From the NCBI GenBank assembly GCA_024277355.1, contig JAJRVL010000002.1, positions 60,001-92,000 on the forward strand: a stretch of DNA of 32,000 nt, written 5' to 3'. The notes beneath the pieces were generated by a model. It did no database searches. It was given only the letters and a program-made list of their open reading frames with translations, and was not told where the DNA came from. Made by a program: the position numbers and the translations under genes. This document shows, piece after piece, positions 1 through 8,324 of this stretch (position 1 is the first letter of the stretch; each line of letters starts with the position of its first letter). This stretch comes from an archaeon (lineage in GTDB: Archaea; Iainarchaeota; Iainarchaeia; Iainarchaeales; 1-14-0-10-31-34).

Positions 1-463
1 AGTCAGTTCTAGTGATTTTTCCTTTAGTTAATTCTCCTACTGCTCCGCCTTTTTTTCCCATGTCTTTTTCTTTGTTAAACAATTTAGCAAAAGCAGTATT
101 TACATCGTCTTGTCCTTTAATTAATAATTCAACTGCTTTTTCAGGGTATTCAAATAGCGGACTTGAACCATAAAAATAATTTTTGCCGTCAAAAATCACT
201 GCAATAGTTGATTCAACAAAACCTGAATTAAAAGGAAAACTCATTAACCCTGATTCAATTCCAACAGAATACTTACAGTCAATAAAACTTTTTTTTGCAC
301 GATTTTTTGCTCCTAAAATTATTTCTTTTAAATTCAATGGCTGTTCTCTTACATTAGAATTAGTTTTAATTCCTTTGACCTTAATTTCTTTAAAGTATTT
401 GCAGAAAGCTTTTTTTACTGCATTAACTTTAACTGGATTTTCTGAACCAATGTTAACTTTCAT
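1..463 (-). CDS. Inosine/xanthosine triphosphatase-like NTPase (YjjX/DUF84 family), C-terminus truncated by the window edge
   Basis: Reverse-strand reading from the ATG at 463, absent from the ORF track because it runs off the edge: MKVNIGSENPVKVNAVKKAF...GIESGLMSF...MGKKGGAVGELTKGKITRTD. Matches YjjX/DUF84 motifs GSxNPVKxxA, GIESG, GGAVGxLTxGxxxR. Confidence 0.85.
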   Translation of the reverse strand, partial: MKVNIGSENPVKVNAVKKAFCKYFKEIKVKGIKTNSNVREQPLNLKEIILGAKNRAKKSFIDCKYSVGIESGLMSFPFNSGFVESTIAVIFDGKNYFYGSSPLFEYPEKAVELLIKGQDDVNTAFAKLFNKEKDMGKKGGAVGELTKGKITRTD

Positions 464-467
464 TTAA

Positions 468-1820
468 TTACCTGAATTTAATTTTTTTTTGTTTACTAAA
501 TTTTTTCATTAATTTTTCCATTGCGCCTTTTTTTTGTAATGCTTCAGGGTCATTAAATTTTCTCATCTGCTTAAACATTTTTTTCATTTTTTTGTAGTGT
601 TTAATTAATTCTCTTACGTCTTCTTCTTTTTTTCCTGAACCTTTTGCTATTCTTATAATTCTTGAATGATTTAATAATTCTGGTTCAAGTTTTTCTTTTT
701 TTGTCATTGAATCCATTATTACTTTGAATCCATCTAATTTTCCTTCGCCTAATTCCATTTGTTCTTTTGGAATTTGTTTTCCCATTCCCATCATATCCAT
801 TACTTTGTTTAATGGACCCATTTTTCTTGCAGCTTTTAATTGTTTATAAAATACATCTAAATTAAATTCTTTTTTCATTAATTCTTCTAAATCAATTTCT
901 TCGTCTTCTGATGCTTCTTTTACTTTTTCTAATAATCCCTGTAAGTCTCCATAACCCATTATTCTGCTTAAATATCTGACTGAATCAAATTCTTCTAAGT
1001 CATTCATTTTTTCTCCTGTCCCAATAAAATAAACAGGAGCTTTAGTCAAAGAACAGGCAATTAATGTTCCTCCTCCTTTAGCTGAACCATCCATTTTTGT
1101 AATTATAACACCTGTTACTCCAACTGATTCATGAAATGCTTTTGCTTGTTTTCCTGCAATCTGTCCGATATCTGCGCCTAACACCAGCAAAGTTAAATCA
1201 GGTTTTAATTCAGAGTTAACTTCTTTTATTTCTTTAATTAATTCTTCATCTAATGCACTTCTTCCTGCTGAATCAACTATAATTAAATCGTAATTCTTGA
1301 ATTTTTCTATTCCTTTTTTGACTACTTTTGCTGCATTTTTTTCGTTTTGAATTCCAAAAAATTCAACGTCAATTTTTTCTGATAATTGTTTTAATTGTTC
1401 AAATGCTGCAGGACGAAAAACATCAGCACAAATTAAGCCGACTTTTTTTCCTCTTTTAGAATAATATTTTGCTAGTTTTCCTGTTGTAGTTGTTTTTCCT
1501 GCTCCAAATAATCCAACCATTAAAATTCGTTTAGGTTCAATTAATTTTGTCTTTTCTCCGCCTAAAGCTTTAGCTAAAATATCATAAGTATTTTTTGTAA
1601 TAAATTCTCTTCTGTTAATTCCTGATGGAAGATCTTTGAATGCTTCTTCTTCAATTTGTTTTGTTAATTTTAATACTAATTCAATTTGTACATCAGATGA
1701 AATTAAAGCTCTTTGAATTTCTTTTGTTACTTCTTTTACTGTATCTTTATCTAATGAACTGGAATTACGTATTTTTTCCATTGCATTTCTTAGTTTTTCG
1801 CCTAAACTCATTTTTCTCAC
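468..1820 (-). CDS. srp54: Signal recognition particle 54 kDa protein (SRP54/Ffh GTPase); true start may be the Met at 1811
   Basis: GLFGAGKTTTTGKLAKYY, DVFRPAAFEQL, DSAGRSALDEEL, TKMDGSAKGGG and a Met-rich C-terminal M domain (MMGMGKQIP...MDSMTKKEK). Confidence 0.96.
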   Translation of the reverse strand: MRKMSLGEKLRNAMEKIRNSSSLDKDTVKEVTKEIQRALISSDVQIELVLKLTKQIEEEAFKDLPSGINRREFITKNTYDILAKALGGEKTKLIEPKRILMVGLFGAGKTTTTGKLAKYYSKRGKKVGLICADVFRPAAFEQLKQLSEKIDVEFFGIQNEKNAAKVVKKGIEKFKNYDLIIVDSAGRSALDEELIKEIKEVNSELKPDLTLLVLGADIGQIAGKQAKAFHESVGVTGVIITKMDGSAKGGGTLIACSLTKAPVYFIGTGEKMNDLEEFDSVRYLSRIMGYGDLQGLLEKVKEASEDEEIDLEELMKKEFNLDVFYKQLKAARKMGPLNKVMDMMGMGKQIPKEQMELGEGKLDGFKVIMDSMTKKEKLEPELLNHSRIIRIAKGSGKKEEDVRELIKHYKKMKKMFKQMRKFNDPEALQKKGAMEKLMKKFSKQKKIKFR

Positions 1821-1863
1821 TTAAAATAGAATTCTGTTAAGAAAATTAATTAAAATAAGGCTT

Positions 1864-3312
1864 TTATTTGATTATTCTTTCTGTAATAAACTGAGGAGTA
1901 AATTCAATTAAATCTTTATATCCTTGGCCTGTTCCAACAAATAAAACTGGTTTTTTTATTCCATTAATTAAAGAAATAGCAGTTCCGCCTTTTGCGTCAG
2001 TGTCAATTTTTGTAAGTATAAACCCATCTAATCCAATTTTTTCATTAAATTCTTTTGCCTGAGCAAATAATGCGTTTCCTGATAAGGCTTCTCCGACAAA
2101 AATTTTTAAGTCAGGTTTAACTACTCTGTCAATTTTCTTTAATTCATTCATTAAATTAGTGTTTGTTTCCTGTCTTCCTGCTGAATCAATTAACACCAAA
2201 TCAAAATCTTTTGCTTCTGCTGCTTTAACTGCATCAAAAGCTACAGCAGCAGGGTCGCTTCCATACTGGTGTTTTACTAATCTTACTCCAATTTTTTCTG
2301 AATGTTTTTCTATTTGTTCAATTGATGCAGCTCTAAAAGTGTCTGCTGCAGCTAAAACAACTTTTTTTCCTTTTTCTTTAAACCTGAAAGCAAGTTTTGA
2401 AATTGAAGTGGTTTTTCCTGCTCCGTTTGGACCTAAAAAAAGTATTACAAAAGGTTTTTTGTTTTTCATTTTTTCATCTAAAGAAAAAGAAGGAATATTA
2501 ATTATTTTTTCAATTATTAATGCAATTTCTTTTTTTAATTCCTGATTAATGTCTTTGCCTGAAACTTCTTTTCCAATTAAACTATTTTTGATTTCTTTAA
2601 TTATTTTTTCTGCTGTGTTTTGTTCTACATCTGCTTCCATTAAAGCTAATTCAAATTCATCTAAAAAGTCTTTTACATCTTTTTCTTCTATTTTAATTTT
2701 TCCTGTAAAAAACTTTTTTATTCCTGAAGCAAGAGAAACTTTTGCTTTTATTTCTCTTTCCTTTAATAAATCAGATTCAATTTTTCTTTCAGGTTCTGCT
2801 TTAAATGCAGTTTCTTTTTTGTCTTCAAATATTTCTTTTCCAAATTTTTCTTCTGAAACATCTTTTTCTAATTTTTCTTCAAACTGCTCTTCAAATACAG
2901 GTTCTTTTTTTTCCTTTAAAACTTCTTTTATTGCGTTTTCTTTTATTTCTGCTTCTTTTTCTTTTTGAAATTCCTTTACTGCCTGTACTTTTTCTTTTTT
3001 GTCTTCAATTCTTTTTTCGTGTTCTTTTTCTGCTGTTTCTTTTTTTATTTCAATTAAAACTTCTTTTTCTTCCTGAGTTAAATCTTCTTCTAATTCCTGT
3101 TCTTCTTTTGGAATAATAATTTCATGTTCTTTTAAGTCCTGCTGAAGTTCTGTTTCTTTTTCTTCTTTAATAGTTTCAATTAATTCTGTTTTTGGTTCAG
3201 GTATTTCTTTTTGTTCTTCTCTGATAATTAATTCTTCTTTTTTTTCAAGTTTTTCTTTGACTTTTTCAGTAAATGAATTAATTTTTTTTTTCAGGAATCC
3301 AAACATATTCAA
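1864..3312 (-). CDS. ftsY: SRP receptor FtsY with a long Lys/Glu-rich N-terminal extension
   Basis: GPNGAGKTTSISKLAFRF, AADTFRAASIEQ, DSAGRQETNTNLM, TKIDTDAKGGTAISL; about 190-aa charged N-terminus. Confidence 0.95.
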   Translation of the reverse strand: MNMFGFLKKKINSFTEKVKEKLEKKEELIIREEQKEIPEPKTELIETIKEEKETELQQDLKEHEIIIPKEEQELEEDLTQEEKEVLIEIKKETAEKEHEKRIEDKKEKVQAVKEFQKEKEAEIKENAIKEVLKEKKEPVFEEQFEEKLEKDVSEEKFGKEIFEDKKETAFKAEPERKIESDLLKEREIKAKVSLASGIKKFFTGKIKIEEKDVKDFLDEFELALMEADVEQNTAEKIIKEIKNSLIGKEVSGKDINQELKKEIALIIEKIINIPSFSLDEKMKNKKPFVILFLGPNGAGKTTSISKLAFRFKEKGKKVVLAAADTFRAASIEQIEKHSEKIGVRLVKHQYGSDPAAVAFDAVKAAEAKDFDLVLIDSAGRQETNTNLMNELKKIDRVVKPDLKIFVGEALSGNALFAQAKEFNEKIGLDGFILTKIDTDAKGGTAISLINGIKKPVLFVGTGQGYKDLIEFTPQFITERIIK

Positions 3313-3759
3313 TCAGTTTGTTTGTTCTCTTCTTGCTTTTTCTGCCTGTGTTACTATTTGTCCTAAAGTATTCATATTAGCGTAAATTGATTTTTGTTGT
3401 TTGTCTAATTCTTCAAGTTTTTCTTGTGCTTCTTTTTCTTTTTTGTCTAAATCTTCTAATGCTTTGTCAATTTGTGAGTCAATTATTATGTTTCCGGGAA
3501 TACTTTTTTTTACTTTAGAGTTTTCATCTATTTTTACATCTAAATATAATCCTACTCCTAATGCAAGCATTGCTTTTTCTCCTTTTTTTGTTTTTTTTAT
3601 TGATTTAAGGCTTTCTTTTGCAAAAAATATTTCCTGCATTAAATTCTGGACTGAAGCAATAGTTTTTTGAACCATTTCTAAATTTGTTCTTTCTTGTTTT
3701 ATTGCGTGAGCGATTTGTTGCCCGCTTAAATTAACTGTTTTTCCTTCCATTTTTATCAC
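3313..3759 (-). CDS. pfdA: Prefoldin alpha subunit
   Basis: Two coiled-coil arms around a central beta-hairpin region (MLALGVGLYLDVKIDENSKV...IPGNIIID), and position between ftsY and rpl18a. Confidence 0.85.
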   Translation of the reverse strand: MIKMEGKTVNLSGQQIAHAIKQERTNLEMVQKTIASVQNLMQEIFFAKESLKSIKKTKKGEKAMLALGVGLYLDVKIDENSKVKKSIPGNIIIDSQIDKALEDLDKKEKEAQEKLEELDKQQKSIYANMNTLGQIVTQAEKARREQTN

Positions 3760-3839
3760 TTCCTTCGCGATTTCGCTCGCGAGACACGTTTTAGTTCATT
3801 TAATAAACTAATTTTTGATTAAACTTTTTTTGAAAAAGT

Positions 3840-4019
3840 TTATTTCACTTCCTTTACTTCATTTATTTCAATAAACCTTCTTTTAATATTGTTTTTTGAA
3901 CCAAACAAACTTAAGGTTGTTTCTATTGCAGTGTTTTCATTTACTGCGTTGATAGTTTTCTTAAATTTTTCATTCATTTTTTTATTTTTTATTTTTCCTT
4001 GTACTTCAAATGTTTTCAT
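3840..4019 (-). CDS. rpl18a: Ribosomal protein L18a/LX, 59 aa, below the ORF-track length cutoff
   Basis: Hand translation: MKTFEVQGKIKNKKMNEKFKKTINAVNENTAIETTLSLFGSKNNIKRRFIEINEVKEVK*. LX-like FxxxGxxxxx, GSKxxxKRxxIxI signature and conserved operon position. Confidence 0.85.
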   Translation of the reverse strand: MKTFEVQGKIKNKKMNEKFKKTINAVNENTAIETTLSLFGSKNNIKRRFIEINEVKEVK

Positions 4020-4021
4020 TT

Positions 4022-4684
4022 TTAATCTCTCCTTAATCCTTCGTCAATCATTAACATTTCTGCATTAGAAGTGTATTCTCCAATTAAAACTCCTTTAGAG
4101 TTTGCAAGAAGGTCATTTGCAACAAATACGTCTCCGTAATTTGCAGTTGAAGGGTTTCCTTTCACTTTAAGTAGTGTTTCAATTTCCTTTAATTCTTTTT
4201 CTTTTATTTCAGGATGCACTATAAATCCATTATTTGTTAATGCAATACATGAACCCACTACTTCGCTGTCTGCAATTTTAATTTGTTTAAACGGAACATT
4301 GAAAATTTTTTGTATTTCATTAAAAGTTTTTTTTTCTATTAAAGGGCTTGCTATTCCTCCGAAATCATTTACTGCCATAAGATTTCCTATTGCAGTTAAT
4401 CCGTTTATTTTCTGTATTTTAATTCCTTTATCTGAAATAAAATCTATTTCAGTTTGTTCTGTTGTTTCGCCTGCAATAAATCCTTTGCTGTTTCCTTTAA
4501 CAAAACTGCCGATTAATGAACTGTTTGCAATGCTTGTCTGGATTATTTCTATTTCAAAAAAGTCTTCTAATTCTTTTATTTCTGTTTTATCAAGTTGCAG
4601 AGGAAATAACCCTGTTTTTTCGGTAATGCATGCAAAAATGCCGATAAAAGGGCTTCCTTTCAGGGATTTCTTTTTAATTTTCAT
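4022..4684 (-). CDS. eif6: Translation initiation factor 6 (aIF6)
   Basis: SPFIGIFACITEKTGLFPL...SLIGSFVKGNSKGFI...NDFGGIASPLI...VVGSCIALTNNGFIVHP...LMIDEGLRRD. Confidence 0.9.
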   Translation of the reverse strand: MKIKKKSLKGSPFIGIFACITEKTGLFPLQLDKTEIKELEDFFEIEIIQTSIANSSLIGSFVKGNSKGFIAGETTEQTEIDFISDKGIKIQKINGLTAIGNLMAVNDFGGIASPLIEKKTFNEIQKIFNVPFKQIKIADSEVVGSCIALTNNGFIVHPEIKEKELKEIETLLKVKGNPSTANYGDVFVANDLLANSKGVLIGEYTSNAEMLMIDEGLRRD

Positions 4685-4766
4685 ATTACTCTTTTGGTTT
4701 TCTTTTCATTTCTGCTTTTTGTGCATTTAATTCTTTTTGTCTTTTTTCTTCAAGTTTTTTTGCCTG

Positions 4767-5117
4767 TTATTTTTCTGCTTCGGTTTTTTCTTCTGTTTTC
4801 TTTTCTTCTTTTTTTACTTCAGCTTTCTTTTTGTCTTTTATTTTTTGTTTCTGCATTTCTTTTAATTCTTTTCCGTCTTTTAAAAAAACAAAAGTTTTTT
4901 CTTCAATTTTTTCTAATACTACTTCTATTTTTCTTGGAATTCCAAACATTCCTCTGGCCCAAATTTTTTCGTTTACTTCTTTTGAAATAGCTATTTGGTC
5001 TTCATTTAATCTTTTATGTTTTTTTACAAAATTCTTTAATGCTTTAATTGCATTTTTTGCTCTTCCTCTTTTTGGTTTGTTAAAAACTTTTTGTAAGGGA
5101 ATTGTATAAGAATCCAT
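4767..5117 (-). CDS. rpl31e: Ribosomal protein L31e with a charged C-terminal extension
   Basis: YTIPLQKVFNKPKRGRAKNAIKALKNFVKKH...ISKEVNEKIWARGMFGIPRKIEV is the L31e core; flanked by L39e and aIF6. Confidence 0.92.
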   Translation of the reverse strand: MDSYTIPLQKVFNKPKRGRAKNAIKALKNFVKKHKRLNEDQIAISKEVNEKIWARGMFGIPRKIEVVLEKIEEKTFVFLKDGKELKEMQKQKIKDKKKAEVKKEEKKTEEKTEAEK

Positions 5118-5123
5118 TTAATT

Positions 5124-5324
5124 TCACCTGTTTTCTTTTCCTTTTCTTTTAATATATAATTTTCCTAAATCAACGTTTTTCCAGTGTCTTTTTTGTTTTG
5201 TATTCCATATTCTTTCGCCTTTTTTTTGTACAATCCATACAGGTGCATTAGTTAATCCTGGTCCAATCTTTTTTCTTGCTGAAATCAAAAAATCTTTTTT
5301 TTCTTTTTCTTTGTATCTTGCCAT
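5124..5324 (-). CDS. rpl39e: Ribosomal protein L39e
   Basis: MARYKEKEKKDFLISARKKIGPGLTNAPVWIVQKKGERIWNTKQKRHWKNVDLGKLYI; VPxWV and the RHW-type C-terminus of L39e. Confidence 0.85.
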   Translation of the reverse strand: MARYKEKEKKDFLISARKKIGPGLTNAPVWIVQKKGERIWNTKQKRHWKNVDLGKLYIKRKGKENR

Positions 5325-5359
5325 TTTTTCTTCACCTTGTTTTTTTCCGATAATTTTTT

Positions 5360-5677
5360 TTATTTTCTTTTAATTGTTATTTCTCTTTTGGCTGATAATT
5401 GTTCTAATAATCTTTTTACTTCCATGTCATTTAATTTTACTTGAATTTTTCCTGATTTAGCTAAATAAATTAAATTTTGTGCTGTTTTAAAGTATAATTC
5501 TTTGTTGACTAATTTCACATTAAATAATCTTGTTTTTGCTTCATCTGATAAAACTGTTTTTAATGCTAAATCCACTTGGTTTTCTAATTCAATTTGTTTT
5601 TGCTGTTGTTCTGCTTGAATTGAATATTTTTCTCTTAGTTCATTTAGTTTTCTTTGTCTTATCTCTTCCTGATCCAT
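5360..5677 (-). CDS. PDCD5-family DNA-binding protein (ORF track start is 5707; MDQEEIRQRKL start preferred)
   Basis: MDQEEIRQRKLNELREKYSIQAEQQQKQIE...VLSDEAKTRLFNVKLVNKELYFKTAQNLIYLAKSGKI matches the PDCD5 family; conserved operon position. Confidence 0.88.
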   Translation of the reverse strand: MDQEEIRQRKLNELREKYSIQAEQQQKQIELENQVDLALKTVLSDEAKTRLFNVKLVNKELYFKTAQNLIYLAKSGKIQVKLNDMEVKRLLEQLSAKREITIKRK

Positions 5678-6188
5678 CTTTTCCTTTCCTTTTAGTTTCA
5701 GTTCCATGTGAAGATTTTTCTTTAATTAAAGTTAAATTTCTTTTTCTTTCTGGTTTTGGGTTTTCTTTTAAGTAATCTGAAACTTTTTTTGAAGTTTTAT
5801 TTAGTAAATTAATTCCTTTTATTGTAAGTATTCTTCCTTTTTTTTCTTTTTTAATTAATTCTTCTTTTTCTAATGCTTGTAGGCAGTTTCTTATTATTTT
5901 TCCGCCTGCTTTAACTTTTTTATGGGGTTTTACTCCTCTGTTTTTTCTTCCGCCGTAATAAGTTCTTAAAGATTCAGTTCCTATTCCAGGGCCGTCTAAA
6001 TAAAGTCTTCTGAGAATTGAAGCCATTCTTGTATAATACCAGTCTTCGTCTTGTGGTGCTCTTTCGTTGTGGGCTCCTGTTTTAACATAATTGACGTAGT
6101 CTGGCTGGATTATGTTTTTGTTTTGTTTTAATTCTTTTGTTATTTCTTTTATTAATTCTGTTCCGGGCACATCATACACTGTAACCAT
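5640..6188 (-). CDS. rps19e: Ribosomal protein S19e with a basic C-terminal tail
   Basis: VTVYDVPGTELIKEITKEL...DWYYTRMASILRRLYLDGPGIGTESLRTYYGGRKNRGVKPHKKVKAGGKIIRNCLQALEKEELI. GGAGGC Shine-Dalgarno-like sequence upstream of ATG. Confidence 0.95.
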   Translation of the reverse strand: MVTVYDVPGTELIKEITKELKQNKNIIQPDYVNYVKTGAHNERAPQDEDWYYTRMASILRRLYLDGPGIGTESLRTYYGGRKNRGVKPHKKVKAGGKIIRNCLQALEKEELIKKEKKGRILTIKGINLLNKTSKKVSDYLKENPKPERKRNLTLIKEKSSHGTETKRKGKDGSGRDKTKKTK

Positions 6189-6305
6189 TAAAATGCCTCC
6201 ATTAAAAGCATAAAAAGTAAAAATGCAAATATTAGAAAATTTGCCTTTATTTCTTATTATTTTATCAAAAATAACCTTTTTATACCTATTCTTTTTAGGC
6301 TTTAT

Positions 6306-6557
6306 TCAGCTTTTCTTAAACAAAACAACTGTATTTCCTTTTATTTCAGCTATTTCTGTTTCTGTTGCTTTACTTAGCTCTAATGCAATTACTTTTTTTT
6401 CTTCTTTGATGTTTTTTTGGATTTTTATTTTAATTATACTGTCTTTTTTGAGTTTATCTGAAATCATTTTAATTTGATTTGAATTTAATTTATTTTTGCC
6501 TATGCTAAGTAATGGTTTAAGTAAATGCGCTTTAGCTTTTATTTCTTTTAATTTCAT
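6306..6557 (-). CDS. YhbY/CRM-domain RNA-binding protein
   Basis: KAHLLKPLLSIGKNKLNSNQIKMISDKLKKDSIIKIKIQKN...GNTVVLFKK. Confidence 0.85.
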   Translation of the reverse strand: MKLKEIKAKAHLLKPLLSIGKNKLNSNQIKMISDKLKKDSIIKIKIQKNIKEEKKVIALELSKATETEIAEIKGNTVVLFKKS

Positions 6558-6561
6558 TTTT

Positions 6562-7038
6562 TTAACCTAATTTTTCTTTTAGTTTTTTTTCAATTAATTC
6601 AGGAACTAATTCTTTTGCTTTGCCTTTTAATGAAACAATTTCTTTAACTAAAGAAGAATTTAAATAGAAATATTTTGGTTCAGTCATCAAAAAAACGGTT
6701 TCAATGTTTTCATTTAATTCTCTGTTAATTGTAGAATACTGGAATTCATAATCAAAATCGCTTATTGCTCTTAATCCTCTGATAACAAACTTAAAGTCAT
6801 TTTTTTTCATGTATTCTGCTAATAATCCATTTAAAACTTCAACTTTAATTTTTTTGTTTCCTTTAAATAATTCTTCAATCATTTCTTTTCTTTCATTTAA
6901 AGAAAATAAATGTTTTTTTGTTTTGCTTTCTGCAATTAAAATAATTACTTTTTCAAACAGTTTTTCTGCACGGTTAATTATATCTAAATGGCCGAAAGTA
7001 ATCGGGTCAAAACTCCCTGCATAAACTCCAATTTTCAT
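6562..7038 (-). CDS. coaD: Phosphopantetheine adenylyltransferase, bacterial CoaD type
   Basis: GSFDPITFGHLDIINRA, FVIRGLRAISDFDYEFQ, YLNSSLVKEIVSLKG: bacterial-type PPAT motifs. Confidence 0.92.
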   Translation of the reverse strand: MKIGVYAGSFDPITFGHLDIINRAEKLFEKVIILIAESKTKKHLFSLNERKEMIEELFKGNKKIKVEVLNGLLAEYMKKNDFKFVIRGLRAISDFDYEFQYSTINRELNENIETVFLMTEPKYFYLNSSLVKEIVSLKGKAKELVPELIEKKLKEKLG

Positions 7039-7919
7039 TTTAATTCCTCTTTAATTTTTTCTTCTAATTCATTAATTTTATGCTGTAATTCTTTTATAGT
7101 TCCTTTGTTTTCAATTAAATAATCTGCTTTTCTGATTTTTTCTTTTAAAGGAATTTGAAATGAAATTCTTTTCAGTAATTCTTCTTTAGTTATTTTATCT
7201 TTTTTTCTTTCAATCATTTTTTCTTTTTCTGAATAAACTACTAAAACTTTATCGCATAATTTTTCCATTCCTGATTCAAACAATAAAGGAATTTCTAAAG
7301 CAGTTTTTTTTATTCCTTTAATTTCTTCTTCAATTTTTTTCTTGACTAAAGGGTGAATTAATTCATTTAATTCCTTTAATTTTTTTTTGTTGTTAAAAAC
7401 AATTTTAGCTAATTTTTTATGGTCAATTCCCTGTTTGGTTAAAACTTCTTTTCCAAACAATTCTTTAATTTCTTCTTTTATTTTATCCATTTCTTTTTTT
7501 GCAATTTTATCTGTATTAAAAACATTAAACCCTTTTTTTTCTAATTCATTTAATACAGTGGTTTTTCCTGTTCCAATTCCTCCTGTAATGCCTAACACAA
7601 AGTTTTCTTTTCTTTTTTTAAGAAAAACTTTTTTTGTGTTTCCGCATTTTCTGCATTTAACCAATAAAACTTTGTTTTTAACTCTTACTTCTTTGTCTTT
7701 TCCTTTAATCAATAAAGAAAAGCATTTTTTGCAGTAAAGTTTTTTCACTTCTATTGGAATTTTAACTTTATTTCTCATTCCAATTTTTTTCATTAATTTA
7801 AGGTATTCAATACTTCTGTCAGAATGTTTCTCCCAGTTTTCAATAGCTAAATCCATTAAACGATAAATTCTTTCTAATGCAATTCCTTGAATTAAATTCT
7901 TGTTTTTTTTGTGTTTCAT
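7035..7919 (-). CDS. Fusion protein: N-terminal RNase P protein component 4 (Rpp21/Rpr2) plus C-terminal dephospho-CoA kinase (CoaE)
   Basis: N-terminus IALERIYRLMDLAIENW...IPIEVKKLYCKKCFSLLIKGKDKEVRVKNKVLLVKCRKCGNTKKV is an Rpr2/Rpp21 zinc ribbon. C-terminus VLGITGGIGTGKTTVLNELEKKGFNVFNTDKIA...IHPLVKKKIEEEI...ALEIPLLFESGMEKLCDKVLVVY is CoaE. Confidence 0.9.
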   Translation of the reverse strand: MKHKKNKNLIQGIALERIYRLMDLAIENWEKHSDRSIEYLKLMKKIGMRNKVKIPIEVKKLYCKKCFSLLIKGKDKEVRVKNKVLLVKCRKCGNTKKVFLKKRKENFVLGITGGIGTGKTTVLNELEKKGFNVFNTDKIAKKEMDKIKEEIKELFGKEVLTKQGIDHKKLAKIVFNNKKKLKELNELIHPLVKKKIEEEIKGIKKTALEIPLLFESGMEKLCDKVLVVYSEKEKMIERKKDKITKEELLKRISFQIPLKEKIRKADYLIENKGTIKELQHKINELEEKIKEELK

Positions 7920-8036
7920 TCAGTATTTTATAATAAAAAGCAAATTTAATTCTATTGAATAAGTTTTTCTCCAAACAAAAAGCTTTTATATTAGGCTTGC
8001 CTAATATTATTAGTTTATTTTTTTAGGAGGGATTTT

Positions 8037-8165
8037 ATGGCTAAAATGTGCCCGATGTGTACTGCAGGAAATAAAAATGAATTATGCATTCATGAAAAAA
8101 TGATTTTAGGATTAGTTGTTCTTGCATTTCTGTATTTTACTGCTGTTTCTTTAGGATTAATTTAA
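8037..8165 (+). CDS. Small CxxC/membrane protein, 42 aa
   Basis: MAKMCPMCTAGNKNELCIHEKMILGLVVLAFLYFTAVSLGLI*, with AGGAGGG 8 nt upstream and a terminator-like hairpin downstream. Confidence 0.55.
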   Translation: MAKMCPMCTAGNKNELCIHEKMILGLVVLAFLYFTAVSLGLI

Positions 8166-8195
8166 TGTAACTAAAAACCATTAAAATAAATTAAT

Positions 8196-8235
8196 AACCT
8201 GTTGCAGTGCAGTAGGTTGCTGTTTTTTGTTTTTT
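8196..8235 (+). terminator. Terminator-like hairpin plus T-tracts
   Basis: AACCTGTTGC-AGT-GCAGTAGGTT forms a 10-bp stem (2 wobbles), followed by GCTG-TTTTTT-G-TTTTTT. Confidence 0.55.
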
Positions 8236-8253
8236 GCGAGTAAACTTGCGAAA

Positions 8254-8324
8254 TGCGCCCACCGGGAATCGGACCCGGACATCGAGCTTGGAAGGCTCGC
8301 GTCATACCACTAGACTATGGACGC
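8254..8324 (-). tRNA. tRNA-Gly (anticodon TCC)
   Basis: GCGTCCA/TGGGCGC acceptor stem, CGAGC-CTTCCAA-GCTCG anticodon arm, CCGGG-TCCGATT-CCCGG T-arm; 71 nt. Confidence 0.95.

Noticed and set aside
183-467. 94-aa plus-strand ORF
   Set aside because: Antisense to the YjjX/DUF84 gene, which has clear family motifs; low-complexity hydrophobic reading of AT-rich DNA.
2159-3116. Overlapping plus-strand ORFs (2159-2545, 2549-2968, 2805-3116)
   Set aside because: Leu/Phe/Ser-rich antisense shadows of the Lys/Glu-rich FtsY coding sequence.
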